A stretch of 63,853 nt of DNA, the filler included, from Octopus bimaculoides (taxonomy: Eukaryota): assembly GCF_001194135.2 (NCBI RefSeq). It is 5 parts of 5 records of this genome, joined end to end, with 100 filler letters (N's around TTAATTAATTAA, not from the genome) between each part and the next. Parts side by side here need not be neighbours in the genome. Positions count along the whole stretch, not along the records: positions 46,365 to 62,463 come from NC_068982.1; positions 62,564 to 63,853 come from NC_068986.1; 3 more parts are not named here. The stretch is one strand, 5' to 3'. Below, piece after piece: positions 52,055 through 63,853 of this stretch. The notes beneath the pieces were generated by a model that had not been told where the DNA came from, made no database searches, and saw nothing but the letters and a program-made list of their open reading frames with translations. The position numbers and the translations under genes are program-made. Within the stretch, counting starts at the first letter, position 1; each line of letters starts with the position of its first letter.

Positions 52055-55000
52055 TGTGTGTGTGTGTTTGTGCGTGTGTATACATATGTAATATTATCGG
52101 AAGTAGATCTGAAGTTTCATCTACAATCCTATTTCTGAGAGGAAAATACCAATTTGCTGCTTAAAGAATGAAAGGAAACAAACATTCTCTATTTCACTTT
52201 TACTATGAAAATCGATAATAACTAAATGAACAAAAACTTGCAACGTTTATTTTTATTGAATGTGAGACAGCGTGCTACTTTCAAGCCCAAAATCTTCAAG
52301 AAAATATTAACGGAAACAAAGTGTCATAAGAAAGGAAATGACATGGCTATAGACAGCAAAAAGCGTACAGTGGTACTATTGGCTTACTGCTGACATAGAC
52401 TACATAAGAAATATAACGACATTTATGAGTTGTTTTTTGCTAACTAAATAATGAAGACCAATCATATTCTCGTCATCTTGTCATTTCATGTATATGAAGA
52501 AGGTTTTTTTTTTATATAACATATAATTCAATATGGAAATCAATAGGTCTTGCTTTATGAAAGATTTGGCTAACGTAATATTTTCAGAATATTATTTAAT
52601 ATGTTGGAGAGTGCAATAATTCTAAAAGTAATTTAAAGACTGTTTGCAGATGTTTGAGCATATAATATAATTGCGTGTACATGTGTTTTCTGACATATGT
52701 CTCCTATATGTGTATGTGCATGGGGGATAAAGTTTATATTTTGTTTTACCTCCTAATGTTTCATTTATATTAACTGCATTTGGACTAAACCGATTACTGT
52801 AACTTAAAATAGTATGAATGGGGAGACTTCTTCCGGGCATACATATCTGTCAGACATTATTAGACAATTTAAATTAGTTGTTTATTTCTCCCTTGAATTG
52901 TTTCTTAATCCTTTCTTTCCCTCTGCTTGACTTTCTTATCTGCTACATTTATTTCCTTTTTTCTCTTCCTATATATGAAATCATAGTCAACATGTCGATT
53001 TAGAGAGTTTAGACTGGAGATGGCGTTTAATTTAGATGATGTTGATAAGCGTTAGACGATACTCAATGCAAAGTTCCCCCATCTGGAGTATGTTGGTACT
53101 ACTAATATTACATTTAAACATTAGGAACTTACTCAGTGTGCAATCTCTTTCACTGACAATCTCTTTCACTTATTTCAGACAAGAAATATTATGCTGTTAT
53201 GCTCTAACACCTATCCACATAATTATACCAATATTTCTGTCTTTACTATTTAGACGATTGTTTGTTGGTTTATCATTATTTTCTTACATACTCCTCGTAT
53301 CACAAACCTTTACAAAATTTCGCTTCTTGTAACTCTTGGAGCATATTGCTCGTGTGTATAGGTATATGCGTTTTTTTTATCAGATGTTATGTAAATGTCT
53401 CTATTATACTTAAACGATTCTTAAGTACTGCCCTAGTATTAATTTGATGAGATATAAATGTGCCTCTGTATTTTGATTATAACAGAAGTTGGCAGCATGG
53501 CCAGAATACTTGATAACAACTCTTGACAAGCAGGTGAACTTCTCAAGCATCATAGAATGAATTACCATACTCTAAAATATAACACGAAATTACCAACAGT
53601 TGATTTGGAATTTAAATATTTTGTCTGAATGCGCAAAGCCTTAGTTATTTGCATATTTTCTTTAGCTTTGTCAGATAACATCATAAATGGATCTTTTACT
53701 TTGATTGGATAAAATGCTATAATTTCAATGCAAGATTTAATTTAATAATAAGACCTACGAAAATATATTTGTGAAAATCTGAATTTAGTGAAATAAGTCA
53801 GAGAGAAAAGATATGAGTATTTAGTCTGAAAGATATTTGCCTTATTCCATGCTCTCAAACGTCATAAATATATTAACAATAATCTAGCTAACTCAGTATC
53901 AACGAAAGAACAACTTTGACTCAAAAGAACAGGCACACAATATACAATGGATTGTCAGGCCTACACAAAATAATTAGTATTCAAGTCGATTTACATTAGG
54001 TATTAAAACAAACAAGAGTGTATAAAATTATCTTTTTTAATATATATGTAGTGAGCATAGGTCATTTTAACTTACAAGAAACAACAAATCGCTATATTTG
54101 GTACTTGAACTTTATTACTACCAAGCATTTAAACATATTTTCTAACATCAGAATTTCACACATAGTATTCTCTATAAAAGAAAGACATCAAAATAATTCA
54201 TTACACGTATTATCAAACAACATTTCATTTTCTCGAGAAAACTCACCCTCGTATGAAGAGGTAAAAGCCGAAAAAAAAAAAAAACAGACAAAAAAACAAA
54301 CAAAAAAACCATAAAAATATATTTTTCCGACAGCACTCCCGATACTTATTCAACACAAAATGCTAATACAATTGGAAAACGCCAATTATATGGAGGATTT
54401 TTCTTTGGCTACAGGAGGTATTATCCTCAGATTATTTATGTACAGAAATTTATGCTGCAAATAACTCAGTTGTCTTGTGAAATATTAATTCAGATCCATC
54501 GTGAGTTTCAATTCAGTTAATATATAGCACCATGGCACACTATACCTGCAAAAATGAAAACATGTCAAAGATTGTTATTCTATATCTACCGATAAATTAT
54601 TTATAGTGTTATTGTTTTTTTTTTATATCAAGTATATATATATAGATTAGACGTCATCACTCAGTAGAATATTAGAAGATAGCAGCTGCAATTACCTCAT
54701 AAACTAGATACCTTTGTTTTGCAAGAGATGTTATAATGTCACGATTTCGATACACTGTCATTGCCTATAAATTTCTTACGTCAAATTTCCTTGTGTTTCA
54801 GGCAAAAAGAAATTCTAATCTCTGAAGTATTTATTAATGATAATTTTTAGAGAACTGCTCAGAGCAATCCGCGTGAGGTAAGATACCATGTTGTATAATG
54901 CTAAGAAAAAGAAGCGTGATGAAATAGTAGTGTATCTCGCATTGTAGGTTTACAGCTTATGCTGCAATTTCAGACTACTTTGTTTTTCATCGATCACAGA

Positions 55001-57189
55001 TCGCGATATTTTGTTTCGAGGAAGCTGCTCCAAACGCGTACATTTATCCGAAATTCAATGAATATTTATTCACTCATGTCAGTGGGACGCCTTTTCTATC
55101 TTAACTTTAAAATATTTTTCTCCAGATCAATTCCCGATCACAGCCATCACCACTATCGCTCTAGTCGGTAACGTCTGAACAGACGCGAATATAGTCTGAA
55201 TATTAGTTTATGAGGAGGGATAGGTGATAGAGATGTATCTTCTCTTGTCCGGAATTGTCGCAATTGTATGAAAACATAATCAAAATAAACGTTAGCTGAT
55301 TTCTTGAAAAAAACAAAAAAAAATGTGTGTTTGTGGTGTGGGGGTATTTTTTTAACACCGCAGAGTCCCGTTTTTGCATTTCTGTAAATCTGATTTTCTT
55401 GTAAATATTTACGAAACCATGTTCAATAGAATACCCGATAATGTGAGCTGGACTCTTGCTTAAGTTAAGAAAATATTGAACAACATATACATTACGCCCA
55501 CAATAATAGGCCTAACAGTGTGTCTGCCCCAAATTTTTCAATAACTGAAAGCATGTTATCTTACTAAATGAGGTTAACTTGACTCTATTTTGAACATCTG
55601 GTCCTTAAATTTTACGATAGCTTAAATCATGTAATTAGGTAACATATGAGTAGTTAGATGTATGTGAAAAGAAATTGTACTGCTAAATTAATGTCACAGC
55701 ATGACGTAAACCAACCATCGTTGCGGTATAATGATTTTGTGGGGTGATCCGAAGCTAACAACGTAGCATGGTTCAATTCAAACTGAAATGACTAGGCAAA
55801 ATCAGCAGATGCATTTGAAAACAGAACTACACATTTAATAATGCAAATAATAAGGTCTATAGTAGCTACAAAAAAATAGTGATAACTTGTGAAACCAGCG
55901 TGTATAATTTGAGATCTGACGTGTAAGTCCGTCCTATTATACTTTTCTAAAAACAAATTAGAGAACTAAAACAAGAGAGAAGGGCTTAGTGAAAGTGTTT
56001 TGAGGCATTTAATGGCCTGTGAAACTATCGTACAAGCAGGCACCAGAACGTATGAAATATTACCAGCGTTACTTAAAGGGAGAGATACATCTGTGATTTC
56101 TAGCGGTTTAGATGGGATTGAATTTCAACAAGATAAAAGTTAAGTAATTGGGAATTGTATACAATTTCCGGTGTCGGTATGTCCGGTTACGAACACTTCC
56201 GGTGGGGTTTGCTGTCTAAAAGCTGCGGGAAAAGCCATAATGAATTGTAATTGAGACACTATATTGTTGAAAGCTTTAGTTATGTAAATACACAAGTGAT
56301 AGTTAGATTCCAACTCAGCTTTTCGCGACGTGTGTTCTTTTCCATATTTTTTGCTGCTAAGTGTCTTGTTGATGCTTTTGTTGTCACCGCTGTGCTAGTC
56401 CTTGCTGGAAATATTTTAGTAGTTCTGTTTGATATTATCCCTGTTATTCGTGTTCACAATGCTATTGCTTGTTGTTGTTACTGCTACTGTTAACGCTAAT
56501 GTTGTTACGGAAGAATTCTCCTTTGTCGAGGTTATCATAATAATGTTTTATTCCAGATGCTATAAAACAATTTCACATTATGCATAAAAATTCGAGTCTG
56601 CATGCGTTTATCAATATGTATATCTGGACATATGTTTGTATGCATATATGTGTGTATTTACACACACACACACACACACACATATGTATATATATATTTA
56701 TATATATATATATATATATNNNNNNNNNNNNNNNNNNNNNNNNNNNNNNNNNNNNNNNNNNNNNNNNNNNNNNNNNNNNNNNNNNNNNNNNNNNNNNNNN
56801 NNNNNNNNNNNNNNNNNNNNNNNNNNNNNNNNNNNATATATATGTATGTATGTATTTATCTATCTTTCAATCTCTCTCTATCTCTCTCTATCTCTCGCTC
56901 TCAATATATATATATATTTACATATACAGGGTGCGTAAAATATTTGAGGACAAATTTATGTTTATAAAAAAAACATATAATAATAGATAATAGCTTTATC
57001 TATCAAAACATGACTGTTCCTTCTAACACATGGAGACCTTTTGCAATTGACCTCATGGACTTTATGGGGTTTTTAATCAATGGTCTGTTAAACTTGCTGG
57101 GTAAATCCAGGTGTTCTGATGATTTCAGAGTGTTTAGAATACGTTTTATGCTTTGATACTGGTGATACCTTTCCATCTTCAGTCTCTAG

Positions 57190-57545
57190 CTCCTAGGACT
57201 TATTCTTTGGAAGCCTAGTACTTATTCTATCGGTCTCTTTTGCCGAGCCGCTAATGTTGGTGGAACGTAAATACACCGACATCGGTTGTCAAGCGATGGT
57301 GGAATCACAAAAACACACACAAGCACACGCACATATGCACACGCACATATGCACACTCGCCCGCGCATTCATCTCTCGGCATATATACATACGATGGGTT
57401 TATTTCTGTCTATATACATACGACATTTCTTCCACTCAGGGGGCTATTGTAAAAGACATCTGACCAAGGTGCCACGTAGTGGGACTGAACCGGAACCATG
57501 AGGTTGGGAAGCAAGCTTCTGACCATACAGTCACTACTGCGCCTA
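57190..57545 (-). mobile_element. SINE family B
   Basis: Collinear with 1860-2531. Confidence 0.85.
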
Positions 57546-57567
57546 CATATGTTCTTTTACCCTATTG

Positions 57568-57850
57568 CTGGCTTCAGCCAGAGTCTGGGGCCATACTGGA
57601 GCACCGCCCTTGAATGTTGTCACGTGTCCTTACAACACTGTTTTTGGTGAAGAAGGGAGTTGGACGAAGCTACTCTTCTTTGTGTCTCCTGTCACGATGT
57701 GGACTCAACTGGGATCTCAGATAGAAATTGGTCCACGTGCTTTTTGAACGCTTCCACATCTACACCATGCAGATCCCTTAAATGCCTTGGCAGGATGTTA
57801 AACAGTTATGTTCCCCTGAAACCCAGGCTACTGCAATATTGGTTCCTTAT
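57568..57850 (-). mobile_element. CR1/L2-group LINE 3' end
   Basis: SLGFRGT*LFNILPRHLRDLHGVDVEAFKKHVDQFLSEIP..SSNSLLHQ matches the ORF2 C-terminal pattern (GP.LFN.LP..R..FK..LD.FL..IP); followed by a short tail. Confidence 0.85.
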
Positions 57851-57975
57851 TTGAGATGACGTAGACGGTATCTTTGGTATTATGCAGTACAATGAACCTC
57901 AGTGGTTGGTATAGCTTTTAATCCCAAAGTTTAGAGCTAGATCTTCACAGATCTTCCCTATATATATATATCTAA

Positions 57976-58009
<34 letters not shown>

Positions 58010-58589
58010 NNNNNNNNNNNNNNNNNNNNNNNNNNNNNNNNNNNNNNNNNNNNNNNNNNNNNNNNNNNNNNNNNNNNNNNNNNNNNNNNNNNNNNNNNNN
58101 NNNNNNNNNNNNNNNNNNNNNNNNNNNNNNNNNNNNNNNNNNNNNNNNNNNNNNNNNNNNNNNNNNNNNNNNNNNNNNNNNNTGTGTGTGTGTGTGTGTG
58201 TGTGTACGTACGCACACGCGCGCGCGCGCACAAACATACACACGCACGCACACACGCACACACTCACACCCACACCCACACCCACGCGCGCGCACACACA
58301 CACATATATAGTATGTAGATATGTTTATAATACTCAAAGGTCACAATCTACATATTCCGATAATATTTTTCTGTGCCGACATAACATTTTTGCAAGATAT
58401 GCATAAGAGTTAGAAATAATGGAGAATAGGTCTTGCAGAGTAATTACCTATCAAACTTAGAGAGTGGAAAAATAATCGGTATTATGTATTCACAATTATA
58501 CACGTTTAATAGATTTTACAAATATATACGTGTACAATAAATAAAACATTTCCTGTCTATATCTCTATATCTATATATATGCGTGTGTG

Positions 58590-58745
58590 TGTGGGTGTGT
58601 GTTTGTGTGTGTGTGTTTGTGCGTCTTTATGTATGTGTGCGTGTGTATTTGAATGTATGTGTGTCGGTGTTCGTGATCGTCCCCCACCGCCATTTGACTA
58701 TTAGTTTTGGTGTATTTACGACCGCGATACAATAAGGAATAAGAT
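58590..58745 (+). mobile_element. SINE family B, internal fragment
   Basis: GTGTTCGTGATCGTCCCCCACCGCCATTTGAC..TGGTGTATTTACG. Confidence 0.55.
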
Positions 58746-61149
58746 GTATACGTCCCATAACCGAATCGTGAATCTCTCAGACTAGACGTCTAGTTACAAG
58801 TATTTTCGTATGCTTTTTTTTTATATTAAGGGCAGTCCGATCGATTAGTTCCGGCTGATTCCGCTAATCAGCATATATGTATTTACCGTAAAAATCTATG
58901 TAAGATTTAGAGAAATGCTAATGCGTATACAAAAAAAAAAAATTAATTAATATAGCCACAATTACAGACGATTGAAATTTTCCATGAATTTTATATTGCG
59001 CCTCGCCTTTTACATTATTTTTTTTAATTGATATTAAGGGAAAATTGAGGTGAGAGGTGAATTCAAGCATATGAGAGAGATCATTGATAACTTATCATGG
59101 TGTTGTACAAATTCTGGTTGAAACATTTGAGTCTTCACGCAGGGAAGGTGCTAGTTCACAAATTATGGTCAGATAAAATAAATTCCTAGATGATTGGTAG
59201 TGATCTACGTCTGTCTTTTTTAAAGATAGATAGTCTTTATATGGGTGAAAAAATTGTCACCATGTAGACCTCTTTCGCTTGCTCATCCATGTACATCTGG
59301 CCAACTCATCATCACCCGCCTGAACACAACAGATCATTTCAGTACTTACTTATCAGTGAGTAACATCTCTACACAGTACCGGTCCGCATATTCAAACAAA
59401 TGGGAGGAACAGTGTACCATATTCGAGCTTGGTACCATATCACATAATCCTGCACCTCCTCTTTGTTCGTAATCCCTTTGTTATCTCTCTTTCTCTCTCC
59501 GCTAAGATTCTCCTCCTTATCTCATTCTCGCCTTCGCCCACCTCTACTCACTCTTTCATTTCTCTTCTTTCCATCTCTCTCACAATGTTTCTCTTCTCAA
59601 ACTAATTTCTGTCGACTTATGACGCTCACGTTGCCTTGCGTTCTTCATCACTTGCTGTCATTTTCTCATATACTGAAGATGTAAAACTCTACTGTCTTTT
59701 ATTTCTTTCCGGCGAAAATTTCTGTGAAGGAAGACTTTTTTCGAAACGTTCGATTATTTATATCCCATTCAATTGCCCTGTGTTCTTCTAGTCGATTTTC
59801 TAATATACAAATAAATGAAACACACAAGCAAGTACAGACCATATGTATATTATATATATATATATATNNNNNNNNNNNNNNNNNNNNNNNNNNNNNNNNN
59901 NNNNNNNNNNNNNNNNNNNNNNNNNNNNNNNNNNNNNNNNNNNNNNNNNNNNNNNNNNNNNNNNNNNNNNNNNNNNNNNNNNNNNNNNNNNNNNNNNNNN
60001 NNNNNNNNNNNNNNNNNNNNNNNNNNNNNNNNNNNNNNNNNNNNNNNNNNNNNNNNNNNNNNNNNNNNNNNNNNNNNNNNNNNNNNNNNNNNNNNNNNNN
60101 NNNNNNNNNNNNNNNNNNNNNNNNNNNNNNNNNNNNNNNNNNNNNNNNNNNNNNNNNNNNNNNNNNNNNNNNNNNNNNNNNNNNNNNNNNNNNNNNNNNN
60201 NNNNNNNNNNNNNNNNNNNNNNNNNNNNNNNNNNNNNNNNNNNNNNNNNNNNNNNNNNNNNNNNNNNNNNNNNNNNNNNNNNNNNNNNNNNNNNNNNNNN
60301 NNNNNNNNNNNNNNNNNNNNNNNNNNNNNNNNNNNNNNNNNNNNNNNNNNNNNNNNNNNNNNNNNNNNNNNNNNNNNNNNNNNNNNNNNNNNNNNNNNNN
60401 NNNNNNNNNNNNNNNNNNNNNNNNNNNNNNNNNNNNNATATATATATATATATATATAAATTGATAGATAGACTGATATAGGTATATATAGATGCATATA
60501 TAAGTATGCATGTATATATGTATGTATGTATTCATGCTCTTTTCATATTCTAGATAGTTTTAAAATCCATATATCGTTAAGTAACCGGATAAATGGAGAA
60601 ACAAAAAAAATGAATAAATAAATGAATAATATAGCGGTTAGCATTTGAACAAAACCCAAACTCATAGAGATAACATTTTAATTTCAATAGAAAATACTGT
60701 AAATGGGGAAAAAGAAAGAAAATATAAAATAGAATAAAATGCATTAAATGAGTAGTGAAAAACGATTTCTGTCGAAGTACAAAGGCGTGTCTGTTATGAA
60801 AATCTTTTTATGGCCAGTTCCGCGTCAATAGTTTAAGTAATCATTGCTTGTCTTAGACAACCGGTTTTATGTTTTAAAATCCATTACGGAGCCAGTCACC
60901 CTATTACGTATGGAATTCATGGCTGTGTATCACTTTTCCCCAAAATGTGTTGGGTTTCTTAAACAAAGCAATACTCTGAAACAGGATTTTGGCATTAATG
61001 TGAATTTCAAACTCTTTTTTTATATTTCGACCTGTCTGTATTATTATTGATTTTTTTACGTTGGAACAACAACACACAGGCACAAAAACCTCTAAGTATA
61101 CATATGTGTGCATTTGTGTGTGTCTGTGTATGTTTGTGAGCCTCCGTGC

Positions 61150-61186
<37 letters not shown>

Positions 61187-62400
61187 CGCACATATATACG
61201 TACATATTAACGTGTGCACACACACACACACACATTTAATATGCATATATATATTACATGTGTGTATGTGTACGCGCATTAATATCTTATTTTAATTTTC
61301 GTTCTGGAATGCATACGGCATATTTAGCGTATAGAGATTTTTAACATAACGTTTATGAATTTTATTTTCTTTCAAAAATTACATTATGACTATTCATATT
61401 AAAAAACTCTGATCGAAATGGAAGCAATCGCATGTATCATGTTTTCTATTCCTGACAAACGTAAAATTGTACATACATACATACATATATACATACATAC
61501 ATACATACATACAAACAAATATACATATGCATGTGTAACTACATACATATATACATACAAACAAATATACATATGTATGTGTAAATACATACATATGCAT
61601 ATATACATACACACACACACATATATATTAATATATATATACATATATGAATACACACACACACACACACGCACACACAAGATATTTATATTATTGGCCA
61701 AAGTTCTATAAACTTCAAACATTCGGAAATAATCAAGTTTCTGCGCGTCGGACTCTTATATTGAATTTGATTTCATTTTTGCTTTATTTCCAACTTGTCA
61801 CGTTGGGATCAAGTGTTTAAGACAAAAGAATACATGCAACACGCAGAATACTGGAACAGGTGAGGGCAGTATTATTTCAAGTATAAAACCTTTAGTGTTA
61901 TAGGGTAATTCAAATAGAAATACACTATAATTTAATTGTGATATATAGTGCAAATTATCAAAGGCTACCAATATATTGGATTCTTCTATTGTTTAGATCT
62001 TGTGGGAAAAAGTCTAGTGAGAGCAATGTTTATGGGTGCGATATAATGATATTGTCAGCATTCTGGCGAGATTTCTTCAGAAGGATGCGATTCCATTTCT
62101 ACACAGTTTACATGACAAACAACTTTGTCAGAAAACAAATTATTTGATATACCTGCAACTATAAACAACGTATTACATATATCATAAAGCTTGCATCGTG
62201 CGCATATTTATATACATATATGCATATATACATACTTGCGTGTATACATGCATACATACATGCATACATACACAAATACACACACACACAAGTATATCTA
62301 TATCTATATATATGTATATATATACATACATGCACACGCACATAGGTTGTCACATTTCAATATGGAAGAGTCAGAAATGGTTCTTTAATCTTAATTTTAT

Positions 62401-62463
<63 letters not shown>

Positions 62464-62563
62464 NNNNNNNNNNNNNNNNNNNNNNNNNNNNNNNNNNNNN
62501 NNNNNNNTTAATTAATTAANNNNNNNNNNNNNNNNNNNNNNNNNNNNNNNNNNNNNNNNNNNN
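62464..62563. other. Artificial scaffold join (44N-TTAATTAATTAA-44N)
   Basis: Same 100-bp linker. Confidence 0.95.
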
Positions 62564-62726
62564 AATGAATAAAAATTCTTCTGATAGAATAAATGGGTTA
62601 ATAGAAACCAATGTAGCAAAGAACACAACATAACTGTGGTTTAGTTCCTGTTTTTAAGGCGAAATTTTGGGTATTTGAGTATATTTAAGAATTTAAGGAT
62701 TGGAGAAAACGCATGTTATAATTGCA

Positions 62727-62907
62727 TACTTTATTCCTACATATGTTTCAAAGGATTACAACCTGTGTGATCCATAGGGATCTTTGATATTAAAATTGTA
62801 ACCTTCTCATCAGGGAAAGCATGATGAGAAGGTTACAATTTTAATATCAAAGATCCCTATGGATCACACAGGTTGTAATCCTTTGAAACATATGTAGGAA
62901 TAAAGTA
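62727..62907. repeat. Perfect 86-bp fold-back with 9-nt spacer
   Basis: 62727-62812 is the exact reverse complement of 62822-62907; spacer GGGAAAGCA. Confidence 0.97.
62734..62817 (-). ncRNA. Type-I hammerhead ribozyme, canonical core, extended stem II
   Basis: ttcc-CTGATGA-GAAGGTTACAA..TTGTAA(T)CCTTT-GAAA-CATATG-TA-ggaa; GUA triplet, palindromic ACATATGT. Confidence 0.8.
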
Positions 62908-63082
62908 AGCTATGTTTAATTTTGGGAAAACTGTATTTCAATTAATGTGTATTATATATATTTCTATGTGGGGGTGCATATGTGTGTGTATGTATATGTA
63001 CATACCAAGGATCCCAAGGTACTTGTACCCATCATCATCCGAGCCTTCCATTCTCTCTCCGTTTGGTAATTCTATGCCGGGC

Positions 63083-63165
<83 letters not shown>

Positions 63166-63639
63166 GAAATTTGGAGCGAGGGAGGGGATGCATAAGGAGA
63201 GATAGAGCGGACGGGGTTAAATGGATACATAGAGTCAGCTACACTAATCGATAAGAATAGAGTCGACTTTAATGCCCAGCATTACCGCAGTTCATAACTA
63301 AAACCAGCAAAACATGTTTAGATATTTACGTAAGTACGTCTGTTTGTCTGTCTGTCTATCTGTTTGTATGTATGTTTATATGTATGTGTGTATATATACA
63401 CACACACGCACACACATACACATACACCTACACATATATATATACATATATATATTGCGCATATACGTATGCATATATATATGTTTTTGTGTGTGTAAAC
63501 TTACGGTTTGGCAAAAATGATCGATGTATGTACCAACCAGTTCCACTAAGCCCTTCAAATTGGTGCACCACCATGGCCACATTTCAGTGAGTAACATAAG
63601 TAAAAAATTAAAAAACAAACACGCATACATAAAGATATA

Positions 63640-63800
63640 TATATGGGAGAATTTACGGAAACAACAACAGACGGAGACAGGTGGTGTAAACAACAAATGG
63701 ATGTATTAGTTTAACGCTCGGGAATAGAGAAAGTCTTTGACGTTTCGAGCTACGCTCTTCAACTGAAAGGAACACAGAAAGAAATAAGGAGAGAAACAAG
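63640..63800 (-). mobile_element. Probable Penelope-like terminal repeat containing a hammerhead-topology motif (63735-63769)
   Basis: Minus strand cttt-CAGTTGAA-GAGC-gta-GCTC-GAAA-CG-TC-aaag. Confidence 0.5.
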
Positions 63801-63853
63801 GCGAAAAAATATATAAATGTAGTGGTCAGCATATATATATATATATATATATA

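Noticed and set aside
59722-59750. CTGTGAA..TTCGAAACGTT hammerhead-like string
   Set aside because: One core base is missing, stem II is mostly G-U, and there is no stem I.

Overview
AT-rich, repeat-saturated, gap-rich eukaryotic DNA. The SINE families and repeat landscape suggest an octopus/cephalopod draft assembly (inference). I found no host protein-coding exon I can support; most ORFs in the supplied track are N-runs or microsatellite translations. The window is a mosaic of tRNA-derived SINEs (at least five families), non-LTR retrotransposon remnants (Dong/R4, CR1/L2-like, Penelope-like), a Gypsy remnant, Tc1/mariner and Helitron/Helentron fragments, microsatellites, and four artificial 100-bp joins (44N-TTAATTAATTAA-44N). 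Highlights: (i) seven minimal type-I hammerhead-ribozyme-like motifs of the Penelope type. One is fully canonical inside an 86-bp perfect fold-back, two carry swapped tertiary 3-8 pairs (G3-C8, U3-A8), and one forms the 3' tail of a tRNA-headed SINE with a TSD. (ii) A TSD-flanked ~1.7-kb retroelement that appears to encode only an L1/Tx1-like ORF1, inserted in a SINE, whose 3' end matches the tail of another SINE family. (iii) Direct SINE-LINE 3'-tail sharing.
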